From an uncultured Clostridia bacterium (lineage in GTDB: Bacteria > Bacillota > Clostridia > Christensenellales > CAMQZB01): DNA of 64,000 bases. Shown here one piece after another: positions 39,201 through 46,631 of the stretch; positions within the stretch are counted from its first letter, which is position 1; the number at the start of each line of letters is the position of its first letter. The notes beneath the pieces are model-generated. The model made no database searches. It was not told the origin of the DNA and saw nothing but the letters and a program-made list of their open reading frames with translations. The stretch is taken from the NCBI GenBank assembly GCA_947039455.1, contig CAMQZB010000001.1:15877-79876 (forward strand), read 5' to 3'. A program made the translations under genes and the position numbers.

Positions 39201-42001
39201 TACCAACAGAAGTTCAGGTAACTGTTTCAAGTTTAGACAGTGTCAAGGGCGAAGCGTGGAACGTAAAAACTCCAGTCAGTTATACTGCTGGAATTTATCA
39301 ACCATCAATGAGCGGAATACAAACTATCAACGGAACAATCACAACAGTTGAAGGACTTGTTGCAGACAGCGTAACTGGTTTTGAAGTTAAAGTAAGCCTA
39401 GGGGAAGCGGTAGTAGGATATGTTCCAGAATTCAACGGTGATACAGTAGTTAAATACGACGGAAAAGCACATAATCTTGAAATAAAAAACTCTCCAAACA
39501 CAGAAAAATTTGTTGAAAGCGTAACAATATTATATACAACAGCGGATAACGAAGTGGTAACTGAACCAATTAATGCAGGCACTTATACGGCAACTGCAAG
39601 ATTTAAAATGAAGGGCGATTACGCGGAAATTGCTCCTAAAGAAATTATAATAGCTATCAACCCTGCTGAACTTATAGTTAATAAAACTGAAGTAGCATTA
39701 GAGAAAGAATACGACGGAAGCAAGGTTTTAGACAAGGAGAAATTCACTGAAGAAAACTACGAAATCGATGGATTAGTTGATACTGATTCTGTGGAACTTG
39801 AAGTAGTTAGAGCAAGATTTAATACTAAAAATGCCGATGCAAAAACAGTAGAAGTTACATATGAACTTTCAGGTGCAAACGCGTCAAACTATGTTTTAGA
39901 AAATGAAAAAGCAACATTTGACGGTGCAATTTCACCATTACAAATTAGTTTCACTGATGAAATATCAGTAGACAGTCAAGCTATCGACGAAGAAGCTCCA
40001 TTGTTTATGCAATATAGTTTAGGTGGTGAATTAGAAGATGAGAAAGTGAATCTTGAAATTGAATATAAAGACGTAACAAAAGAAATAGGCACGCAAGAAG
40101 TAGAAATTTCCGATATTAAAATAGCAGCAATTGGCTACAACGCAATCAACTATGCCGCCCCTGTAATACCAACTGATGTAACAGTTGATATCACAGGACT
40201 AAGCGGAATTAATATTGCTATGGAAAATCTAACTCGTGAATACGGCACAATCAAAGTTGAAGGGGAAACAGTGGAAATAACTGTTGACCCAATGGAGTAT
40301 TCAGCAAGTGACAAAGACACAAATGTTGATATTTTTGGAACAATGGTGCTGATTATTGACAACACGGATTTATCCACTGGAAAATATTTAAACCAAGGCG
40401 AGCATATGGTGAAATATAATTTCACAGCCAATAATGGAGTAGAAGAAAATGGAAGAATAGCTCTTACAATCACACAAAAAGAGTTATCTTTAGAAGAAAT
40501 TAAGATCAGCCTATTTAAATATGCCGACGGAAGTTGTGTAATACCATTCACAGGCGGAGAAATAATTGCAAGCACAATCATGACAAATGATGTAGTAAAA
40601 AGTATGATTACAGTTACTTCAAGCGAAGTGACTGGTGAAGTAGACGTAACTTCAAAAAGAATATTGCAAGGTGCTGATGCGGGTAATTATACAATTGCAG
40701 TAGGCGAAGAAGTTTCACTTGGACAGTTCAAAATCATTCCAGGAACTGAAAATGAGTCAATTGATAAAATCATACCGCTTTTCCCAAATTCAGTTGATTA
40801 TCTAGACATCGAAGCAATTGAAAATGCAATGAAAGAATCTCTAATTTCATCATCAATGACGGCTGAAGAAGTAGAAATATTTAGCGATCTATACTATGAA
40901 ATCTATGCCCCTGAAAAAGTTAAAGCATCATTAGGCGGAAGAGAAGTAGTAATCTCAGCAAAAGGCAAATTATCTGAAGAAATCCCAACAAGAACAGCGA
41001 AAACATCTGTTGAAAATCATGGCGAAGTATATGGAATTATTTCAAGTATCGGCTTAACTGGAAACGAAATTGACGTAACAATCAACACAGCAATTTCAAA
41101 TATTTCAGGCTATGACTTTGAGAACAAGAACTTAGATATCCTAGATGAAAAAATAGTCAAAAACGCATTCAAAGTTTCTATTAAATGTAATGCGGTAGAA
41201 AAACAAGTAATTCAAGATAAAAACGTGGTTATTAAGTTGAAAGTAGGCAACGAAGTTAACGGATATAACCCTGATATTTATATTTCAAATGCTCAAAATG
41301 AAATAGTAGAAAAAGCCGAAAATATTAAATTTATAACTGAAAACGGAGAAACTTTCGCATTATTCTCAGCTAGCCAAGTTGGCGAAGTATTCGTAGTTGC
41401 AAGCGAAGAACAAGAAAGTAGTGGTTCGTCAAGAAGGAAAAAATCTCGTAAAACACCATACTGGACAAAAATTTTAGAAGAGCTTGACAAAACTAATGAG
41501 GAAGAAATGTATATTTCAGCGATTCTTGGTGACGATTTAGTACCAGATAACGTTTTAGAAGAACACAAATCAAAAGATATGACAATCGAATTGGAGTTCA
41601 CAGAAGGCGCAATAATCATCACAGCGGAAATGTCTGATGGAGTTGAGTATATACTTTCTGCATACACTTACGAAGACCTAATGAACTTATTTGCGGTGGA
41701 TGAAGATGGAAAACCGATTCCTGAACCAGAAGCTGATGAACCAGAAAGCAACCCGTTTGCTTTTGCATTGTGGATGATACTGTTGATATTGGTATTAATG
41801 ATAATAATCACAATTATTATTGTAGTACGTAAAGAAAAACAAAGAAAGCTAGCTGAATTACTTGAACAAGAAAACACTCTAAAACTAGCATCACAAGAAG
41901 TAGTTGATATAAGCGACGAAGAAAAAACTGAAATAGAAGAAGAAGAAGAAGAAGAAGAAGAAGAAGAAGAAGAAGAAGAAGAAACTAAAGAAGATAAATA
42001 A
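33269..42001 (+). CDS. Giant (2910 aa) surface protein: N-terminal hydrophobic anchor/signal, GLUG-type beta-helix repeats, many MBG/Ig-like repeats, C-terminal TM helix and acidic tail
   Basis: GLFG motifs (EMGLFGTT, YSGLFGYV). Tandem repeats of about 22 aa, VGGLVG/VGGFIG. Recurring YNGK/YDGK strands. C-terminal FAFALWMILLILVLMIIITIIIVV followed by RKEKQRK and E16. No LPXTG motif seen. Confidence 0.85.
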   Translation: MKCIRRAVVITTCMVFVLSAILGIVIVVDNVRYDYENVIMSDKVDFSEGYNDMGQVAETSLNNPIINDLSPNLQQFSKDEADQVNDSANFALSEMMAGSNELIESSEKTLERLNQNVPVPRYSGEYLAESAPAFSWQDPSIVKTPLQGTGTEIDPFQIWTGADLAQMVPMIAATHETGNKKEWNYLAFYKLMDDIDLGEHEWESIGRDKKEFHGTFLGNNKTISNLYCTSIGVQNGLNGIYGEMGLFGTTSYYATIKDLIVENPYILYAYDAGAIVTTSNGFLKNCHVVGGEFRLIKGNTKGDDWSYNHNGYVGGLVGQSTEHVNIQNCTNSSDIIGYLGEDMDQATEYIAGGIIGSAYTSYDYIDSYIYNCANSGNLIDMSDAGGIAGNAYQGKMSSRFWIEKCYNKGDLQAGRSIGGIVASLYMETTILNSVNVGNIIGINLYYYSENNQSTLGGIVGDANGVGQWNTPSKDYIFIENCFNAGNITSQNKFSGGILGTLSGQWIIDNTVPVEDMIGRKVKNCYNSGIMMAGDGSTREGGVIGCIAHVIGSETSELFNSMENCYYLEGTSPRGVANSSYGDSIAYVVAIDGSIINGPAGYPVELVTALNQWKTTEYDKFTWKDKGTASVTDTYLYMGTKTYWKDPENVATNFQSGNGSENSPYLISTQQQLSLLAHNINLSIKNTSHYKLVSNIDLSAHEWEPIGKSKSTPFGGTFDGNNMIITGMSITDATDYSGLFGYVTGPKIDNVQIINAEVTGGSQVGGLVGENTSATIRNSSYTGKVTGTNNVGGLVGVSKGLIANSYSAGTVSGTSNVGGFIGSNSNKINNCYSSSTAKGTSAVGGFIGNNTNAAVSNSYWINTATNSIGSGTATNETVKTFKTGGTFTTPFTTPIYGKTIPTNLFTALNQGGLVVVNPTEYKEWTNGTNGFALHTTRFQQSVLNFAANQESLNTTTFSNEIYNKAVGNITYQTSSIVGGTGAGAMSYSIKPTTSITGNMFMDDTNKLTIPHAGIYNITATKAQGTVDGKIYAPREFTYTATVNKATDNAFTETSIVGWTYGEFEYVKNSPVYTTKYGNNVVISYETASGSSLLKTPSNAGRYKVVGKVDENPNFNAVSAVAIDFEITKANYDMSKANLKDISKTYNGKVQTINSHTLPTGADEIKLVAEYTDGITNVGEKSITATFSTTSNNYFTPAISTAKLTITPAETPNITTLGLDATRVYGAKLSDFKFTGGVIKGTNIDAINGSGWAWSSETPETIFPTVGNKGHVAKYNVPIVDERNYLWNNLPQDYIYSNGVITKTIAPIITNATIKTPTITIFNDNYDGKTHSIDIIGAETVNRQELTYQYKVGSGNFSETNPTFKNQGVYLINYQITAPNHSTITGSETIKISLKPLEWISGTANLRIYNGNDQGTVKIAPTLSGEIENETVEITIGEITFATANAGNQAVTATGYGIEGDISKNYTIKVQPIFENQEILPKEIDAVWGENNVVTDFIYNTKQQNPTATADTEVSIFGTKEEVSLTYTINEKSDGIVSGIHNAIATISNDPNGNYLLKNTNIDYNILDADINKVEIQGRINPAVTAEQSVLLTKEHTSNYGDLTVVWSKSTDNGATYTQVLADDETFVANTLYRATVTAEANVNYNFATNITVEIDDKTDVIVTNQQNLIKITMDYEALDLLKQSSITLGGITGGAETELSGLTIGKGNIDTKLNKFNLPLTGGNTEKTVAITGSTAVGTHENDVLTVTTAGEMLITVTAEETDEYEEKIVTYVIEITKGSNAIAFTDVNKKLYIFDNHYTNELINKSTAKTNNIEFTSSDAGITVSKEGKLDIVDFPTAVTTITAVLAENELWYSNTDTYEVNVPSDKLVLNVEIKPTATDLYYQDTLSESSISGGVIKSEGETVEGTWIWIIDYENLTAIADENTYKATFVPSYNPSKYETMTADIPVKVKNRTVLSIEKIEDITTKPLGTEFADLQLPTEVQVTVSSLDSVKGEAWNVKTPVSYTAGIYQPSMSGIQTINGTITTVEGLVADSVTGFEVKVSLGEAVVGYVPEFNGDTVVKYDGKAHNLEIKNSPNTEKFVESVTILYTTADNEVVTEPINAGTYTATARFKMKGDYAEIAPKEIIIAINPAELIVNKTEVALEKEYDGSKVLDKEKFTEENYEIDGLVDTDSVELEVVRARFNTKNADAKTVEVTYELSGANASNYVLENEKATFDGAISPLQISFTDEISVDSQAIDEEAPLFMQYSLGGELEDEKVNLEIEYKDVTKEIGTQEVEISDIKIAAIGYNAINYAAPVIPTDVTVDITGLSGINIAMENLTREYGTIKVEGETVEITVDPMEYSASDKDTNVDIFGTMVLIIDNTDLSTGKYLNQGEHMVKYNFTANNGVEENGRIALTITQKELSLEEIKISLFKYADGSCVIPFTGGEIIASTIMTNDVVKSMITVTSSEVTGEVDVTSKRILQGADAGNYTIAVGEEVSLGQFKIIPGTENESIDKIIPLFPNSVDYLDIEAIENAMKESLISSSMTAEEVEIFSDLYYEIYAPEKVKASLGGREVVISAKGKLSEEIPTRTAKTSVENHGEVYGIISSIGLTGNEIDVTINTAISNISGYDFENKNLDILDEKIVKNAFKVSIKCNAVEKQVIQDKNVVIKLKVGNEVNGYNPDIYISNAQNEIVEKAENIKFITENGETFALFSASQVGEVFVVASEEQESSGSSRRKKSRKTPYWTKILEELDKTNEEEMYISAILGDDLVPDNVLEEHKSKDMTIELEFTEGAIIITAEMSDGVEYILSAYTYEDLMNLFAVDEDGKPIPEPEADEPESNPFAFALWMILLILVLMIIITIIIVVRKEKQRKLAELLEQENTLKLASQEVVDISDEEKTEIEEEEEEEEEEEEEEEETKEDK
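41936..41983 (+). repeat. (GAA)16 microsatellite encoding poly-Glu in the cytoplasmic tail
   Basis: 48 nt of perfect GAA repeats, in frame with the ORF. Confidence 0.95.
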
Positions 42002-42009
42002 TAGCAAAT

Positions 42010-42040
42010 AAAAAAAACACCTGAAAAGGTGTTTTTTTTA
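42010..42040. terminator. Bidirectional intrinsic terminator
   Basis: Stem acacct/aggtgt with a gaaa loop. A8 upstream and T8 downstream. Confidence 0.8.
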
Positions 42041-42085
42041 TAATCAGTTGCAAAGAGCTCATGATTTTTTAAACAAGTTAAAATG

Positions 42086-42424
42086 CTAGATCATTAAAGC
42101 AATTTTAGAGTAGTTATATTTTTTAGTTCTACTAATGGCAGTGCATATATCAACTAAATGCCAAATACCAAAAGTCAGCCAACCAACTAGAAGTTTAGCA
42201 ATACCGCTACCAATTTGTCCAAGAATGAATCTATCAACCCCAAGTGAACCCAAAAAAATTGATAAAAGCAAAACAGTAATAGGTGATTTAGCCTCAAGAG
42301 CAAGGATTTCGTCCACACGCTCATCGGGAGCATTAGTAAGCTTATTTTTGATAACTACCAAATGATCAGGTGCAACTTGACCCGATAATTGGGTCATAAT
42401 AATTGAAATGTTTTCTTGTGTCAT
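42086..42424 (-). CDS. TM2 domain-containing membrane protein
   Basis: GVDRFILGQIGSGIAKLL resembles the TM2 motif. Two TM helices. 112 aa. Confidence 0.65.
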   Translation of the reverse strand: MTQENISIIMTQLSGQVAPDHLVVIKNKLTNAPDERVDEILALEAKSPITVLLLSIFLGSLGVDRFILGQIGSGIAKLLVGWLTFGIWHLVDICTAISRTKKYNYSKIALMI

Positions 42425-42440
42425 AATATTTCCTCCTATG

Positions 42441-42512
42441 TATAGAAAATTCTATACAATAATATTAACATAGAATTTTCTATATGTCAAGTAGTATAAT
42501 AGAATATTCTAT
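42441..42512. promoter_or_regulatory. Three palindromic operator-like sites (ATAGAA-NN-TTCTAT) in the divergent TM2/XRE promoter region
   Basis: tatagaaaattctata (42441-42456), atagaattttctatat (42470-42485), atagaatattctat (42499-42512). The last overlaps a TATAAT box (42495-42500). Confidence 0.65.
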
Positions 42513-42549
42513 ATAATCTTGTTAATAATACTAAAGCAGGAGGGCGAGT

Positions 42550-42783
42550 ATGGTTAGCAAAATAAACGAGAATATGGAAATGGAGTTTAAGGAAATATTA
42601 GAAGAATTGATGATCAACCAAAATTACACACAAACGGAGTTAGCGGTGTTAATTGGAGTAAAGCAAAGTCAAGTGAGCGAATGGTTGAAAGGAAAGGCAA
42701 AACCGGGGTATGATACATTGCGAAAAATGGCGTTAAATTTAAATTGCACAGCTGAATATTTGCTTGGAATATCCGATATATAA
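42550..42783 (+). CDS. XRE-family HTH regulator
   Basis: HTH YTQTELAVLIGVKQSQVSEWLKG. 77 aa. Confidence 0.75.
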   Translation: MVSKINENMEMEFKEILEELMINQNYTQTELAVLIGVKQSQVSEWLKGKAKPGYDTLRKMALNLNCTAEYLLGISDI

Positions 42784-42925
42784 AGAAAAGTGCATATAAA
42801 TAAATGCGAATTTCTCAATTGGATAACATCACAAGCAGTATATTGAGTAGCAGTGTAAAGGAATGAAAACTGTTGACAAAAAACGTTAAAAATGGTTTAA
42901 TTAATCAAAGACAGGAGGGTAGCAT

Positions 42926-44170
42926 ATGAATGAAATTATGAAAGTATTAGAAAGTGTAAAAAACGGAATTAGTGCGATAGCGTATTTATCAAATGAGAAA
43001 AGAAACGAAATTCTTGATATATGTGGGGAATCGTTAACAAGTGAAATGGCGGAAATTCTGAAAGCTAATATAGTAGACGTGGAAATAGCAAAAAACAGTG
43101 AAAAACCACAGTCATTTATTGATAGATTATCCCTTGATAAAAACCGTATTCAAACAATGGTGGAAGGGCTAAAACAGCTGAAAAATATCATGTCGCCTGT
43201 GGGGGAAGAAATCAGTTCATGGTCAACGGAAAGCCAACTTGAAATAAGGAAAATCACAGTTCCGCTAGGAGTTTTTTGCATAATATTCGAAGCTCGCCCA
43301 AACGTAGTTGCGGACACCGTAGGGCTAGCAATTAAAAGCGGAAACGGAATAGTTTTGCGTGGAAGTAAAGATGCGATAAATTCAAATATAGCAATAGTAA
43401 AAGCGATAAAAAACGGTATAGAGAAAGCAGGAATTAACAGTGATTTCATTGGTTTAATTGAAGATACAACCCATGATGGAGTGAATTTTCTTATGAAACA
43501 GCGTGATAAAATTGATGTAATAATTCCACGTGGCGGAAGTGGATTGATTAAAAACGTAGTGGAAAATTCTCTAATTCCAACTATTGAAACAGGACTTGGA
43601 AACTGCCATATTTATATAAATAAAGATTGTGACAGAGATTTAGCTAAAAAAATCACTACAAGCGGAAAAATCTCACGTGTTTCAGTGTGTAATTCGCTAG
43701 AAAGCCTTGTGATTGATAGAGAAATTTCCGTTGAATTACTACCAATATTGCTTGAAGATTTAATAGCAAATGGCGTAGAAATTCGTGGTGATGAAGAAGT
43801 GAAATTACTGTGTAAAAAAGCAAAAATAGCTACCCATGAGGACTATTTCAGGGAGTATAATGACTATATAATGTCCGTTAAAATTGTAGAAAATCTTGAC
43901 AAAGCAATAGAGTGGATAAACAAGCACAGCACACATCATTCCGAATCGATAATTTCAAACAATAAAACAGCGGTGGAAAAGTTCAATGAGCGTATAGATT
44001 CAGCTTGCGTTTTTCATAATACATCAACACGTTTTAGTGACGGATTTCAGTTCGGTTTTGGAGCGGAAGTAGGAATTTCCACACAAAAATTACACGCAAG
44101 AGGACCAATGGGCGTACGTGAATTAACAACATATAAATACACAATAACAAGCAAAGGCGAAGTGCGTTAG
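42926..44170 (+). CDS. proA: Gamma-glutamyl phosphate reductase
   Basis: 414-aa aldehyde dehydrogenase fold with catalytic VCNSLESL and C-terminal HARGPMGVRELTTYK. Confidence 0.9.
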   Translation: MNEIMKVLESVKNGISAIAYLSNEKRNEILDICGESLTSEMAEILKANIVDVEIAKNSEKPQSFIDRLSLDKNRIQTMVEGLKQLKNIMSPVGEEISSWSTESQLEIRKITVPLGVFCIIFEARPNVVADTVGLAIKSGNGIVLRGSKDAINSNIAIVKAIKNGIEKAGINSDFIGLIEDTTHDGVNFLMKQRDKIDVIIPRGGSGLIKNVVENSLIPTIETGLGNCHIYINKDCDRDLAKKITTSGKISRVSVCNSLESLVIDREISVELLPILLEDLIANGVEIRGDEEVKLLCKKAKIATHEDYFREYNDYIMSVKIVENLDKAIEWINKHSTHHSESIISNNKTAVEKFNERIDSACVFHNTSTRFSDGFQFGFGAEVGISTQKLHARGPMGVRELTTYKYTITSKGEVR

Positions 44171-44300
44171 AACTACCAAAATCACCAAATTTATCAAAAA
44201 ACACCCCAAAAACCCTCCAAAACATACAAAAAATACCTAAAACATACAAAAAACACCCTAAAAATACACAAAAAAACAAACTATAACTTAAATATCATCT
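44171..44300 (+). repeat. 130-nt G-free C/A-rich tract directly after the proA stop codon
   Basis: No G on the plus strand between 44171 and 44300. Internal near-repeats aaaacatacaaaaaa. Confidence 0.9.
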
Positions 44301-44323
44301 GATTATTTTACACAGTGTAATAC

Positions 44324-44352
44324 TTGACATAGTTCATGTTTTGGAGTAAGAT
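44324..44352 (+). promoter_or_regulatory. Sigma-A promoter upstream of mrp
   Basis: TTGACA, a 17-nt spacer, then TAAGAT. Confidence 0.6.
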
Positions 44353-44486
44353 ACTATATGAATTAAAGATAAAATAAAAAATGAAAAATATAAGATAAGA
44401 TATGAAAAACCATATTAAAAATACAAAGATATAATATAAAAAGATTAATATATAAAGATAATAAAAACATAAAGTGAGGACGGAAA

Positions 44487-45308
44487 ATGAGTGAATGTAA
44501 TAGTGATTGCGGAAGTTGCAGTTCTAATTGTGCGGATAGAACGAAAGAGAGTAATTTTGAAAAAACTCATGAACTTAGCAACGTAAAAAAAGTTATAGGA
44601 ATAGTAAGTGGCAAAGGCGGAGTAGGAAAATCATCAGTAACATCAATGCTAGCCACTTTAACAAGAAGAATGGGATTTAATACAGCAATTCTTGATGCGG
44701 ATATCACAGGCCCATCAATTCCAAAAGCATTTGGAATAAAAGGTCATGCGGAAGGAAGCGAAGCAGGGCTAATTCCAATGTTATCGAAAACGGGAATAGA
44801 AGTAATGTCAACGAATTTATTGCTTGAAAACGAAACTGATCCAGTTGTTTGGAGAGGTCCAGTAATTGCAGGAATGGTGAAGCAATTTTGGACTGATGTA
44901 ATCTGGAATGAAGTTGATTTCATGTTTATCGATATGCCACCAGGAACAGGCGATGTGCCGTTGACAGTGTATCAATCAATTCCAGTTGACGGAATAATTA
45001 TTGTAACATCACCACAAGAACTTGTTGGAATGATAGTTGAAAAAGCTGTGAACATGGCCAATAAAATGAATATAAAAGTACTTGGAATTGTTGAAAATTT
45101 GTCTTACTTTGTATGTCCAGACAATGGCAAAAAATACAACATTTTCGGAAAAAGCAAAGTAGAAGAAGTGGCGCAAAAGCATAAAATTAAAAACTTAGCA
45201 AAACTTCCAATCAAACCAGAAATAGCGGAACTTTGCGACAGCGGAAATATAGAATTATTTGAGGGCGATGAGTTGAACGGAATGGTTTCAATGATCACAA
45301 GTTTATAA
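44487..45308 (+). CDS. Mrp/NBP35-family P-loop ATPase (Fe-S cluster carrier-like)
   Basis: Deviant Walker A SGKGGVGKSS. N-terminal CNSDCGSCSSNC. See the finding on the C-terminal CxxC motif. Confidence 0.85.
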   Translation: MSECNSDCGSCSSNCADRTKESNFEKTHELSNVKKVIGIVSGKGGVGKSSVTSMLATLTRRMGFNTAILDADITGPSIPKAFGIKGHAEGSEAGLIPMLSKTGIEVMSTNLLLENETDPVVWRGPVIAGMVKQFWTDVIWNEVDFMFIDMPPGTGDVPLTVYQSIPVDGIIIVTSPQELVGMIVEKAVNMANKMNIKVLGIVENLSYFVCPDNGKKYNIFGKSKVEEVAQKHKIKNLAKLPIKPEIAELCDSGNIELFEGDELNGMVSMITSL

Positions 45309-45312
45309 AATT

Positions 45313-45783
45313 ATGAGTGAATTAACTAGAGTAGAAAAAGCGGTGGAGTTGTTTAAATCGGGGTATAATTGTAGCCAAGCGGTGGCGATAGCATTTGCGG
45401 ATAAACTAGAAATGGATGAAAAAACCATAGCGAAATTAACATCAGGCTATGGTGGCGGAATGGGAAGATTGCGAGAAACTTGCGGAACGATTTCAGGTGC
45501 GGTGTTCGTGGTGAGCAGTCTTTATGGCTACGATGACAAGGATGCAACAACTGAAAAAGCTAGATTATATGAACAAATAACAAACATAGGCGAGAAGTTC
45601 AAAAGTGAATTCACAACATTAAAATGTGGTGAGTTATTGGCTAATATAAAAACAACAATCGGCTCAATGCCAGAAGCGCGTACTGCAAAATATTATAAAG
45701 TCCGCCCATGCGTACACTTTGTAGTAAAATCAACTGAACTAGTAGAAGAACTTATAAATCAAATGGAATCACCAAAAATCTAA
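45313..45783 (+). CDS. C_GCAxxG_C_C family protein
   Basis: GYNCSQAV, TCGTISGAV, LKCGELL and RPC motifs in the family order. 156 aa. Confidence 0.7.
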   Translation: MSELTRVEKAVELFKSGYNCSQAVAIAFADKLEMDEKTIAKLTSGYGGGMGRLRETCGTISGAVFVVSSLYGYDDKDATTEKARLYEQITNIGEKFKSEFTTLKCGELLANIKTTIGSMPEARTAKYYKVRPCVHFVVKSTELVEELINQMESPKI

Positions 45784-45804
45784 CAAAAAATCAACTAAAA
45801 TCTA

Positions 45805-45845
45805 TAAAAAAACAGCCCAGTATCAATACCGAGCTGTTTTTTTTG
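45805..45845 (+). terminator. Probable intrinsic terminator
   Basis: Imperfect stem acagc...gctgt with an A7 flank and a T-run of about 8. Confidence 0.5.
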
Positions 45846-46174
45846 TATTTGTTAATAGTGTTATTACACTTAAAATTGTTATGAAATTTACATTAGCGTT
45901 AATAGAATTATAAACGCAATAAGAATTGTAATTTTGTTTACACGCCCAAGGGCGTATATTTAATTATTGAGCTCGCTAGGTGCTATAATTATAATTGTAA
46001 TGAAATTATATTATGAATTTTAATTATTGAAGAAAAACTTAATGAAGTTTTTTTTTCAATAAGTTTGTGTTAATCAGTCTGCTTTAATTCCTATGGGCAT
46101 GCATGAAATCACATTGTGAAAAATTATGATATAGTTTTAAAAAAATAAAAATAATAATCAAATGAGGTGAAAAA

Positions 46175-46444
46175 ATGAGCATGATAAAACAAATGAAATT
46201 TGGAAACATTGGCAGTATGGAAAGTTTTCGAGTAGCAACAAAAACAGCTGCGATTTATGGGAAAATTGATAAAGCACATGAAAAATTAGTAGCAACTCTC
46301 AATGAAGAACAAAAAACTTTTTTAAAAACTCTAATTGATAATATCGAAGAGCAACAATGTGAAGAAAATGCCGATATATACCAATACGCTTTCTCAATAG
46401 GTCTAGGTCTAGGCTACGAATCAGGAATAATAATCCAAGAGTAA
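46175..46444 (+). CDS. Small hypothetical helical protein
   Basis: GAGGTG RBS. 89 aa. No recognisable catalytic motif. Confidence 0.45.
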   Translation: MSMIKQMKFGNIGSMESFRVATKTAAIYGKIDKAHEKLVATLNEEQKTFLKTLIDNIEEQQCEENADIYQYAFSIGLGLGYESGIIIQE

Positions 46445-46447
46445 AAC

Positions 46448-46583
46448 CAAACTCCAACAACTCCCAAACACCCCCTTAATAAACCACACCCAAACCATTC
46501 CCCAAAAAAACCACCCCCCAAAAAGCGGGTCAAGGGGCTCAGCTCCTTGTGGGGTTTGGGGTGAAACCCCATGTAACTTAACC
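46448..46583 (+). repeat. Direct repeat unit A (C/A-rich arm plus GC-rich core 46525-46580)
   Basis: Matches unit B at a +183 bp offset. Both ends are near-identical and the central ~30 nt diverge. Confidence 0.9.
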
Positions 46584-46631
46584 AAACCCAAACCCAAACC
46601 CAAACCCAAACCCAAACCCAAACCCAAACCC
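46584..46631 (+). repeat. (AAACCC)8 hexanucleotide microsatellite
   Basis: Eight perfect units. The complement is (GGGTTT)8. Confidence 0.95.

Noticed and set aside
44348-44460. Seven AAGATA/AAGATT hexamers in the A-rich 5' region of mrp.
   Set aside because: The region is about 60% A, so such hexamers are expected by composition. Their spacing is irregular.
45870-46060. Loose repeats (attgtNatgaaatt and ttaattattga) and a terminator-like hairpin upstream of the 46175 ORF.
   Set aside because: Only two degenerate copies of each exist in very AT-rich DNA, so they cannot be separated from chance by eye. This was not promoted to a finding.
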